A DNA stretch of 64,000 nt. Origin: Thermodesulfovibrionales bacterium (lineage in GTDB: Bacteria > Nitrospirota > Thermodesulfovibrionia > Thermodesulfovibrionales > UBA6898). The notes beneath the pieces are model-generated. The model was given only the letters and a program-made list of their open reading frames with translations. It was not told the DNA's origin and did no database searches. Shown here in pieces: positions 49,181 to 57,967 of the stretch. The DNA lies in assembly GCA_044450345.1 (NCBI GenBank), contig JBIOIY010000002.1:128001-192000 (forward strand), written 5' to 3'. The position numbers and the translations under genes are program-made. Each line of letters begins with the position of its first letter. The stretch's first letter is position 1.

Positions 49181-50887
49181 TCAAAAGCCCTTTTCCTGTT
49201 TCAGATCCTCGATCTTCTTTTCAACCCTCTCCTTCAGCCCTTCCTCTTTTTCGTTATAGCCTAATGACCTCTTCCAAAACTCAGCGGCCTTTTCAGCGTT
49301 ACCCATCGCATGATATACGTCTCCCAGGTGCTCTAGCACTACCGGGTCGTCCCTCGTCAGTTCCGACGCCTTCGTCAATATTTCGAGCGCCTTCTCCAGC
49401 CTTCCCTGCCTGAAGTAGACCCAGCCGAGACTGTCCATGATGAAGCCGTTATCAGGTTTGAGTGCAAGGGCTGAACTGATGAGCGTTTCGGCCTCATCGA
49501 GCCTAATGTTTTTCTCGGCGAACGAATACCCGAGATAATTCAGCGCATCCGCGTTCTTCGCATTAATTTCCACCGCTTTCCTGAGGTACATCACCATCTC
49601 GTCGAAACTCCCGGTCCTGTCCGAAACAATACCGAGGTTGTAATAGAAATCGTCATTCTTGCCGAACTTCTCGACCCCTTCTTTCAGGACCCTTTCGGCA
49701 TTCTTATAGTCCTTCTTATGCACATAAGCCGAAGCAAGGTAAAGATAGATATCGGGTTCGTCTTTCTCGAATTCCAGAATCTCTTCATACATCTTTATCG
49801 CATCGTCATCCCGTTTAAGCCTCGCGTAGATATAGGCGAGATGAAGAAAGGCGTTCGTATTCTTAGGCTCCCTCAATATAATCTCCTTCAATTCCACAAC
49901 CGCCTCGTCGAAGTGCGCCGTCTCCTCAAGGACGAGGGCAAGGTAATAACGTACGTGAGTGTTTTGCGGATTGACCTTGAGGACGGACCTGAACTCATCA
50001 AGCGCCCTTTCGTATTCCCTTTCCTCAAAATACAGCATACCGAGCCTCATGTGCATCTCCGCGTTGTCAGGTTGTTCCCTGCTCAGGGTCTCGAACTCCT
50101 CGATCGCCTTACCATATGATTTCTGTCTCAGATATACCTGTGCAAGTCTTTCCCTGGCCTGGCTGTTGTGGGGATTGTTGTCGATAGCTTTTTCATAATT
50201 TTCAACAGCGGCATCGAAGCGCTCCCTGATTTCATTGATGAGACCCAACTTGAAGTATGTCGTATCGAGAGCGGGCCGTACATCGATCGTCTTTTTCAGA
50301 TATTCTTCCGCTTTGTCGTAATCCTTTTTGTCGATATAAAGGGAACTCAAATAATCGAGCGACAGATAATCTTCAGGATCCTTCTTGACCAGTGCGGCGA
50401 AGATATCGACGGCTTCATCGATCTGTTCACTGCTGTAGTATAATCTTCCAAGAAAGCGGGACGCATCCTTGTTGTCGGGGTCTATCTTCAGTATTTTTTT
50501 ACAGATCGAGATCGCTTCGGCAATTTTTCTCTGCCCGCTGTAGATGTCCGCGACTATCATCAGGGCGGGGACATAATCCGGATTATCCCTGACTACCTCT
50601 TCCTCCGTTTGCAGCGCTTTGGTACGGTCGCCGGAACGATACTGCATCATGCCCAGCTGCGTCTTTATATACAACGACTTCGGATCGTAATCGAGGGCCT
50701 TTGCGTAATACTTGACCGCGTCGTCGAACTGGTAAGATAGAGAGGCCTCATAACCGAGCATAAAATAGTAATCCGCCTCATACGCATGGCCGGGGACCGC
50801 CTTCTCTGTCTCGGCCGGCTTCACCGCCCGGACGGAACAGGCAGAGACAAAAACCAGGATCGCTGCCAAGATAATTCTGTTTCTCAC
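49181..50887 (-). CDS. TPR-repeat lipoprotein
   Basis: Lipobox VSAC; many TPRs; ALNYLGY...DSLGWVY motif typical of the gene upstream of ispE. Confidence 0.88.
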   Translation of the reverse strand: MRNRIILAAILVFVSACSVRAVKPAETEKAVPGHAYEADYYFMLGYEASLSYQFDDAVKYYAKALDYDPKSLYIKTQLGMMQYRSGDRTKALQTEEEVVRDNPDYVPALMIVADIYSGQRKIAEAISICKKILKIDPDNKDASRFLGRLYYSSEQIDEAVDIFAALVKKDPEDYLSLDYLSSLYIDKKDYDKAEEYLKKTIDVRPALDTTYFKLGLINEIRERFDAAVENYEKAIDNNPHNSQARERLAQVYLRQKSYGKAIEEFETLSREQPDNAEMHMRLGMLYFEEREYERALDEFRSVLKVNPQNTHVRYYLALVLEETAHFDEAVVELKEIILREPKNTNAFLHLAYIYARLKRDDDAIKMYEEILEFEKDEPDIYLYLASAYVHKKDYKNAERVLKEGVEKFGKNDDFYYNLGIVSDRTGSFDEMVMYLRKAVEINAKNADALNYLGYSFAEKNIRLDEAETLISSALALKPDNGFIMDSLGWVYFRQGRLEKALEILTKASELTRDDPVVLEHLGDVYHAMGNAEKAAEFWKRSLGYNEKEEGLKERVEKKIEDLKQEKGF

Positions 50888-51218
50888 GTGTCGTCCTACG
50901 CTATATGTATTTCCATGGGTTGCCGACGCACTACCGCGACAAGAGATTTTTATTATGACACAAAGATTTCATTTACACAACGAACAGGCAGAACATGAAT
51001 GGTCAGTAATCCCGGCCTACATTTAGGCAGGGGGCGTCCCTTCATGCAGACGCGTCAAGTACCTCGCGTAGATATCCCATAATGTCACACTTTGCCAATC
51101 ACCGATGCAGCCAAAATATTTTTCCCTATTCAGTCTGATTGCATTCTTTCTCAGGGTTGGTACAATGCAGGGAAGGAGAACAGATTTGCATATAATGATT
51201 ACATGAGGAGGAAAACAT

Positions 51219-51755
51219 ATGACGAAATGGAATATCGACCCTGATCATTCGGTTGCAAGCTTTGCGGTACGGCATTTGATGATTACAAACATCCGCGGGA
51301 CAGTGACCGGGGTCACCGGCACAATACTCTTCGACCCCGCTGCGTTAGAGAACTCTTCCGTCGAGGCGTCGCTCCCTTTGGCAGGCCTATCGACCGGCAA
51401 CAAGAAACGCGATGAACACCTAATGTCTGCCGACTTTTTCGACGTCGGGCGTTTCCCTACAATAACCTTCAGGAGCACAAAGGTGGAAAAAACCGGCATC
51501 AACCGCGGCAAGATCACAGGGGACCTCACGCTGCACGGCGTCACCCGTTCTGTCACTATGGAGGCGGAATACTTCGGCCCGATAAAGAGCCCGGTTGATC
51601 TCGGCGGGGAGACGACCATGGGGTTCGCTGCGTCGGTTACCATCAACCGCGAAGACTTCGAGATTATGTGGAACCTCCCCTTTGATAACGGAAACCTGGT
51701 GGTTGGCAAAGACGTCGATATCACCCTCGACATAGAGGCTGATTTTGCGGAATGA
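51219..51755 (+). CDS. YceI-family polyisoprenoid-binding protein
   Basis: WNIDPDHS, RDEHL...DFFD...FPTITF, GDLTLHGVT. Confidence 0.92.
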   Translation: MTKWNIDPDHSVASFAVRHLMITNIRGTVTGVTGTILFDPAALENSSVEASLPLAGLSTGNKKRDEHLMSADFFDVGRFPTITFRSTKVEKTGINRGKITGDLTLHGVTRSVTMEAEYFGPIKSPVDLGGETTMGFAASVTINREDFEIMWNLPFDNGNLVVGKDVDITLDIEADFAE

Positions 51756-51853
51756 AAAAGTAACTCGCGCAGGACGTTTACAGACGCGAAGCAACCATCG
51801 ACGCGCATTCTAGGGCATGCTGATTACGAAATATTTACTATCCTAATATTCAT

Positions 51854-53032
51854 ATGGCCACTCCTGACACAAACTGGATTATGGTCCGTGATATTATGGT
51901 CGAATTTGCGGAGAAGACCGGACTCTCTTCGGCAGGATTATCACAGGAGCGTTACCTATGGACCGATGCCTTTGCGGTATGCAACTTCCTCGGACTTCAT
52001 CGTAAAACCGGCGATGAGCAGTACAGACATTTGGCCCGGCTCCTTGTCGATCAGGTGCATGCCGTATTGGGCCGGCACCGCAGAGATGACGAACGAACCG
52101 GCTGGATAAGCGGCCTCAGCGACGAGGAAGGCCGGAGACATCCCACAAAGGGCGGACTCAGGATCGGGAAGAAGATGAGAGAGAGGGGACCGGCCGAACC
52201 CTTCGACGAGCGTTTGGAATGGGACCGGGACGGGCAGTACTTCCATTACCTGACGCAGTGGATGCACGCCGTCGATAGTGTGAGTAGAGTTATTGGGGAC
52301 CCGACCTATAGCAGGTGGGCATTAGAACTTGCAAAGGTGGCACATGCGAGGTTTACCTACGCACCGCGTGAGGCGAAAGAGAAACGTCTCTACTGGAAGA
52401 TGAGTATAGACCTCACATATCCTCTCGTATCATCCATGGGACATCACGATCCCCTTGAAGGACTCATTACTTACAGCGAGCTTCAGGCGACTGCGGGAAA
52501 ATTGTCAGGACAATCACCGTCGCGGGAACTCAGCAGAGAGATCGCGGACATGGTCGCGATTTGTGAAGGTAAAGACTGGGCAACCGACGACCCCCTCGGC
52601 ATTGGCGGTCTCCTGATCGGCGCCTACAGGATGACACCGCTGATCCTTGCAGGCGGCTTCCCGCGCCCTGACCTCTTTGAGGTTGTATTGGAAGATTCCC
52701 TGACGGGTTTAGAATCCTTTGATAGACAATCTCTACTAGAGCTGCCCGCCGATTATCGGCTGGCATTTCGGGAGCTTGGACTGTCCATCGGATTGCAGGC
52801 CATTCAGAAACTGCAGGGTTTGGTCCGCCAGTATCCGGACGTTTTCAGAAAGCCTTCCGTTCATTCTCTCATCAAGAGCTTCGAGCGATACGCCAGACTG
52901 AGTAAGGCGATCAATGCATTTTGGCTTGAGGATAAAAACCGGGAATCCCCCGCCTGGTCGGAGCATGGAAATATAAATATGGTGATGCTGGCAACCAGCC
53001 TGGCACCTGATGGGTATCTTTCGCTTCAATGA
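51854..53032 (+). CDS. uncharacterised protein
   Basis: 392-aa ORF with motif-like RYLWTDAFAV, DGQYFHYLT.W, RLAFRELG; function not assignable. Confidence 0.75.
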   Translation: MATPDTNWIMVRDIMVEFAEKTGLSSAGLSQERYLWTDAFAVCNFLGLHRKTGDEQYRHLARLLVDQVHAVLGRHRRDDERTGWISGLSDEEGRRHPTKGGLRIGKKMRERGPAEPFDERLEWDRDGQYFHYLTQWMHAVDSVSRVIGDPTYSRWALELAKVAHARFTYAPREAKEKRLYWKMSIDLTYPLVSSMGHHDPLEGLITYSELQATAGKLSGQSPSRELSREIADMVAICEGKDWATDDPLGIGGLLIGAYRMTPLILAGGFPRPDLFEVVLEDSLTGLESFDRQSLLELPADYRLAFRELGLSIGLQAIQKLQGLVRQYPDVFRKPSVHSLIKSFERYARLSKAINAFWLEDKNRESPAWSEHGNINMVMLATSLAPDGYLSLQ

Positions 53033-53114
53033 TCAGACCTGTCCATATCCGCAACTTGCGTGAAACGGTAAAATAATACATCAGGTCATCAGAATATTTA
53101 TTGAGAGGTCGGCA

Positions 53115-54020
53115 ATGGAAGAAAACAGGATAGAAATTGATAGGGATCTTTGCAATGGTTGCGGGTTATGCGTCACCGTGTGCCCCACGGGGACCATCTC
53201 ACTCATAGAAGGAAAGGCGGCTGTCTCGGGAGGGGAGTCGATCTCTTGCGGACATTGCGAGGCGGTATGTCCACAGGAGGCGATCCGAGTCACCGCAATT
53301 GATGAAGAGATGTCACGGTATACGACTTTCGTCACGGAGAAACAGTGGCTTCCTCCGGGAAAATACAGTACATCCGGTTTGGTACAGCTTATGGCATCGC
53401 GCCGGTCCTGCCGTTGTTTCACCGACCGGCCCGTAGACCGGGCCATGATCGAAGACCTCGTAAAGATCGGTATCACCGCACCGTCCGGAACCAACAGTCA
53501 GTCCTGGACTTTTACCATTTTGCCGACGAGGAAGGCGGTAAAATCCCTTGCAGGACACATCTCGTCCTATTTCGGGAGATTAAACAATACCGCGGAGAAG
53601 ACCATGCTTCGAATGTTTCTCAAGCTAATAGGCAAAGGAGAACTCGATGCCTATTACCGCGGATATTACCGGAAGGTGAAGGAGGCACTTGAAGAATGGC
53701 ATGGATCAGGCAAAGACCGCCTCTTTCACGGCAGCACGGCTGCCATTCTTATCGGATCTAAGCCGGGAGCAAGCTGTCCGGCTGAGGACGCCTTGCTCGC
53801 AACGCAAAACATCCTGCTTGCCGCCCATAGCATGGGACTCGGCTCTTGTCTCATCGGATATGCCGTAGCAGCAATGAGGAAAGATCCTTCGATCCGGCAG
53901 TCTATCGGCATTCGGCCGGAAGAGGAAATTCACGCGGTTATCGCCCTCGGACATCCCGACGAAGTCTATCAGCGGATAGCCGGGCGCAAGAAAGTGACGC
54001 CGAGATATTTCGAGGGCTGA
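53115..54020 (+). CDS. 4Fe-4S ferredoxin-nitroreductase fusion
   Basis: Two CxxCxxCxxxCP motifs; RRSCR, APSGTNSQ, LGSCLIG. Confidence 0.9.
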   Translation: MEENRIEIDRDLCNGCGLCVTVCPTGTISLIEGKAAVSGGESISCGHCEAVCPQEAIRVTAIDEEMSRYTTFVTEKQWLPPGKYSTSGLVQLMASRRSCRCFTDRPVDRAMIEDLVKIGITAPSGTNSQSWTFTILPTRKAVKSLAGHISSYFGRLNNTAEKTMLRMFLKLIGKGELDAYYRGYYRKVKEALEEWHGSGKDRLFHGSTAAILIGSKPGASCPAEDALLATQNILLAAHSMGLGSCLIGYAVAAMRKDPSIRQSIGIRPEEEIHAVIALGHPDEVYQRIAGRKKVTPRYFEG

Positions 54021-54162
54021 CAACCGGGACAGAGACCCCGTATTTCAGGCAGTTTGCTTTACCTGATAACAAACTCCATAACACTGTCCCCATGGGCTGA
54101 ATATAGCATACCCGGGGAAATTCATAAAGGATAGAGTTCAGTTTGAGGCAGCGCTTTTCCTC

Positions 54163-55383
54163 TCACGGTATCTCCGGAAATTTGATTACCAACTCTTCCC
54201 CGGTCAGGGCCTCGGTGAGGAATATCTTCAGGTCCTTCTTTTCTTCAGCGGTCAGTCCGAGCGGCTTCAGCGAGGTGTTGCCCTCGCCCCCTCCCCTGTC
54301 GAAGAAATCGATGACCTGATCAAGCGCCTCAAACACGCCGTTATGCATATAGGGGCCGGTCTTTGAGATGTCACGAAGCATCGGAGTCCTGAACGCCTTC
54401 CAGTCTTTCTTGTCCTTCGTGATAAGATATCTTCCGGGGTCTTCTTTGAGGTTGCGGTAATCGTCATAATGGTAGACCTTTGCAACAAACCTCATCGTAG
54501 CAGTCACCATAGGATCGTTTAGCAGCTTCGGGTTTTCCGGCACATTAAGGGCATAGAATTTATCGTCCGTCAGGTCAGCACCGTAATGGCAGTCGATACA
54601 CCTTCCTTTGCCTTTGAAAACCTCCAGGCCCTTCTTCGCATCGGTTGAAAGGGCTTTAACATCGCCCTTCAAAAATAGGTCGAGAGGGGTATTTTTAGAA
54701 ATCAGCGTCCTTTCGAAAGAGGCGATGGCCATCGCGATCCGCTCCCTTGTTACCTCTCCGTTAAAGACCTTCCTGAACTCTCCGGCATATTCCGGCACAG
54801 TCCGTATATGTTCTTCGAGATAGTCGAGGTTTTTGTTCATCTCGAAGGCGGACATCATCGGGAAAAGCGCCTGTTCCTCGAGGGTCTGTGCCCTTCCGTC
54901 ATGGAACAGGTGTTTGCGGTAAGCGATGTTGATAAGCGTCGGTGAATTTCTCCAGTTCTTTGTGGTCGGATAACTGAGGGATATGTCGAGCCCGTCCGTG
55001 AAGGCCAGCTCGGGGTTATGGCATGTGGCGCAGCTCATCGTGCCGTCACCCGAAAGCCTCCTGTCGAAGAACAATTTTTTCCCGAGTTCTATCTTTTCCG
55101 GCGTCTGGGCATTATTCGCAGGAACAGGCACAGACCGAAGAGGCTCAAGGCCTGCCGCATGTGCCGGACATGGGAACATGCCCTGCAGCATCAAGAAAAG
55201 CATGAAAATCGCTATATAGAGTCTGTGTATAAATGCCGTTTGTTCGTCATGCCCGAAGTTCTTGGTCGGGCATCCATGTCCGTATTCCCTGGATTCCCGC
55301 CTTCGCGGGAATGACAGCCTTTTAAAAAAGCGTAGTTTATGCTGAGACTCTAAATGGCGCAGGGCATCTCTATCTCTTCGCAT
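54163..55383 (-). CDS. diheme cytochrome c peroxidase/MauG-superfamily protein (start uncertain because of MITE insertion)
   Basis: LGKKLFFD.RLS, CATCH, RNSPT, CIDCH, FRTP.LR, PYMHNG. Confidence 0.88.
   Translation of the reverse strand: MRRDRDALRHLESQHKLRFFKRLSFPRRRESREYGHGCPTKNFGHDEQTAFIHRLYIAIFMLFLMLQGMFPCPAHAAGLEPLRSVPVPANNAQTPEKIELGKKLFFDRRLSGDGTMSCATCHNPELAFTDGLDISLSYPTTKNWRNSPTLINIAYRKHLFHDGRAQTLEEQALFPMMSAFEMNKNLDYLEEHIRTVPEYAGEFRKVFNGEVTRERIAMAIASFERTLISKNTPLDLFLKGDVKALSTDAKKGLEVFKGKGRCIDCHYGADLTDDKFYALNVPENPKLLNDPMVTATMRFVAKVYHYDDYRNLKEDPGRYLITKDKKDWKAFRTPMLRDISKTGPYMHNGVFEALDQVIDFFDRGGGEGNTSLKPLGLTAEEKKDLKIFLTEALTGEELVIKFPEIP
55219..55350. mobile_element. 132-bp MITE with internal REP-like palindromes, flanked by TA
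   Basis: Imperfect TIRs GAGTCTGTGTATAAA / TTTATGCTGAGACTC, TA on both sides, internal GGATTCCCGCCTTCGCGGGAATGAC. Confidence 0.7.
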
Positions 55384-55960
55384 TTTTCAACTCCTCTTCC
55401 ACGATCTTTTTCAGGTAATCATACGGAACGTCCCCGACGACTTTTCTCCCGTTGATAAAGAAGGTCGGCGTACTGTAAAGATCAAGGGAAAGGGCAAGTT
55501 TTTTGTCCCGCTCTATCAGGGCGGAGTGTCTCATCTTATCAATGCTGTCAGTGAATGTCTTTGTGTCAAGCCCGATCTCTTTTGCATATTTTATCAGGCT
55601 GTCCCTGTCGAGCTTTGGCGAATTCTTCAGGAGCGTGTCGTGCATCTCCCAGTATCTTCCCTGATCGGCAGCCGCCAGGGAGGCCTCTGCCGCAATATGC
55701 GAGTAGTCGCGGTATTTGTACGGGTAGTTTTTGATCACAAGTCTTACCTTGCCTTTAAAGGCATCCATGATCTTCCTGACGGTCGGACCGGCCGCCTTAC
55801 AGTGCGGTCACTGAAAGTCGAGGAACTCTATGATGGTAACGGGCGCATTCGCCGGTCCCAGCTGCGGCGAGTCTGCGAGCGGGACCTCAAAACGTTTTCC
55901 CTCGGCGAAGGCCATCGAAAAAGAGAGCAGGAACAAGACCGTTAAAGCTGTTTTTTTCAT
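55370..55960 (-). CDS. secreted DsbA/thioredoxin-fold selenoprotein (UxxC), 196 aa
   Basis: AAGGAG RBS, signal peptide, GPANAPVTIIEFLDFQ-TGA-PHC (TGA at 55808-55810, codon 51), STPTFFING; hairpin right after the TGA. Confidence 0.85.
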
Positions 55961-55981
55961 CGCGGATTCTCCTTGGCTGAC

Positions 55982-56017
55982 AAAAAAGGCAGGACACCTT
56001 GACGTGTCCCGCCTTTT
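55982..56017 (-). terminator. terminator/attenuator between the fdh operon and the Sec-DsbA gene
   Basis: AAAAGGCGGGACAC/GTGTCCTGCCTTTTTT stem plus T-run. Confidence 0.75.
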
Positions 56018-56030
56018 CAGATTTTACGTC

Positions 56031-57170
56031 TTAGTGCTGCGCTTCGGTCTCAGGGAAGACCCGGAGATACTTCACGCAAACCTTGAACCCGACTATAGAA
56101 AAAGATATGAACGCAAGGGTCACGACGAATTCCATCCAGGTAGGGAAGTAGCTGAACCCGGTTGCGCTCTGGTCCCTGTACACTCCGAAGATAGAGACGT
56201 TGAGCCTGTTTAAAAGCACGCCGGATATGACGAGTACGTCGACGAAAAAGATGCTCTTCACATTCTCTCTCACGTTTTTCATCGAAAGCAATATGATCGG
56301 GCCGACAACGCTTATGCCCATCTCCAAAAGATACATATTCGCCTCCATGCTTCCGTTGAAGGCGGCGGGTATGCCCGGCCCTTTGAAGAGAAGCCAGAGT
56401 TTCCACAGAAAATAGATCACGCCCGTAACCAGGACACCTCGCGCCAGGCCTGAAAGGATGCCGATATCAGCCTTATGCCCGAAAAATTTTTCGCTCAATA
56501 TGGTTTCAAAACTGACCATCGAAAGCCCCATCATGACGGCGGATACGAGGAAAAGTGTCGGCACCTGCGCGTTGTACCAGAACGGCGACAACTTCTTTGC
56601 TGCGATCAGATAAACCGCCCCCAAAGAAGACTGATGAAGTGTCGACAGGAGCACGCCAAAGAGTACGACCGGTACGATAATCTTGTGTATGAAACCTGCT
56701 GACTTCTCCATCCCGAATTTTTCGAAGAACATGGGACTGGACTCCGTAGCGAGCGTGGTGGTATAGAGGACCACGTGTATCGCAACTATCCACATTACTG
56801 AATGTATCTGCCACATAAAAATAGGATGCCAGATGTTCCAGGGCAGGCCGATGTCCAGGGTTATGGCGGTGGCGGCAAGAAGATATCCGAAAAAGGCGTT
56901 CAGGATCGACGCCCTTACAATCGGCTTATACTTTTTCATATTCAATATATATACCGTGCCTGCGATCAGGAACCCCCCGGCAGCCATGGCGACTCCGCCC
57001 AACACGTCCATTCCTATCCAGAGCCCCCACGGGAACCTGTCATTCAGGTTGGTCACCGCACCGAGTCCCTTTATAAGACGCACAACAAGAATCGCCCCTC
57101 CGGCCAGCATGAGGAGAAACATAACAACGGTCGTTGGGGTCCACATCTTTATTTCATGTTCTGATTTCAT
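56031..57170 (-). CDS. HybB/NrfD-family membrane subunit
   Basis: GLGAVTNL...PWGLWIG.D, DIGLPW, LSTLHQSSLG, NRLNV, YFPTWME. Confidence 0.88.
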   Translation of the reverse strand: MKSEHEIKMWTPTTVVMFLLMLAGGAILVVRLIKGLGAVTNLNDRFPWGLWIGMDVLGGVAMAAGGFLIAGTVYILNMKKYKPIVRASILNAFFGYLLAATAITLDIGLPWNIWHPIFMWQIHSVMWIVAIHVVLYTTTLATESSPMFFEKFGMEKSAGFIHKIIVPVVLFGVLLSTLHQSSLGAVYLIAAKKLSPFWYNAQVPTLFLVSAVMMGLSMVSFETILSEKFFGHKADIGILSGLARGVLVTGVIYFLWKLWLLFKGPGIPAAFNGSMEANMYLLEMGISVVGPIILLSMKNVRENVKSIFFVDVLVISGVLLNRLNVSIFGVYRDQSATGFSYFPTWMEFVVTLAFISFSIVGFKVCVKYLRVFPETEAQH

Positions 57171-57172
57171 GC

Positions 57173-57958
57173 CTATTCCTCCTTGTCCATGTTCTTATTG
57201 CGCCGGGTGACCGCCCAGCTGACCGCGCCGGCAGCCAGCACAAGGCCGATCACCGAAGGAATCTTGCTGATGTAAGACCAAGTCAGATCGGGGAACACCT
57301 GTGCCGGTATGGCCATGTTGAATCCAAGCGTTTCAAAAGGTACGCCGGAAATATATATCCAGGAAGTGCCTCCGGCCTCATCCTTGCCGTAAATATGATC
57401 GATATACTTTCCGGGACTCTGCGCCATTCGCTTTTCCGCTTCGGCCCTCACTCCGTCATAGTCTCCATAGTACATCGTCTGGGTAGGACATACCTTGATG
57501 CAGGCCGGGACCAGTCCATTTGCAACCCTGTCGGAACAGAAGGTGCACTTTCTTACCCATGGGACCGCCTTTTCCCACTCGTATTTGGGAACATAGAACG
57601 GGCATGCGACCATACAGTAGCGGCACCCTATGCACCGCCCGAAGTTGTAGGTCACCGGTCCCGCTTCCGTCTTTTTCAGCGCCTCGACCGGGCAGACCGA
57701 AGCGCACGCAGGGTTCTTGCAGTGCAAGCACTGGTTCTTTACAAAACTCCATGCCGGCTCGCCGTTTTGCTCCTGCTCGAAGTATCTGATATTCGTATAG
57801 CACTCTGAATTGAGTTCGGGCGGGTTCGTGAAATTGCCGTTCAGCACGGTCTTCTTGACCGAACGCTCATTCCATTGTTTGCAGGCGACCTGACACCCGC
57901 GACAACCGATACACCTTGTCAGATCCACGAGCACGCCTTTAGGTTTATCATTTGCCAT
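57173..57958 (-). CDS. 4x[4Fe-4S] formate dehydrogenase beta subunit (HybA/FdnH-like)
   Basis: CIGCRGCQVAC, CLHC..PACASVCP, CIGCRYCMVACP, CTFC...PACIKVCP; C-terminal TM helix. Confidence 0.9.
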   Translation of the reverse strand: MANDKPKGVLVDLTRCIGCRGCQVACKQWNERSVKKTVLNGNFTNPPELNSECYTNIRYFEQEQNGEPAWSFVKNQCLHCKNPACASVCPVEALKKTEAGPVTYNFGRCIGCRYCMVACPFYVPKYEWEKAVPWVRKCTFCSDRVANGLVPACIKVCPTQTMYYGDYDGVRAEAEKRMAQSPGKYIDHIYGKDEAGGTSWIYISGVPFETLGFNMAIPAQVFPDLTWSYISKIPSVIGLVLAAGAVSWAVTRRNKNMDKEE

Positions 57959-57967
57959 GTCCGCCTC

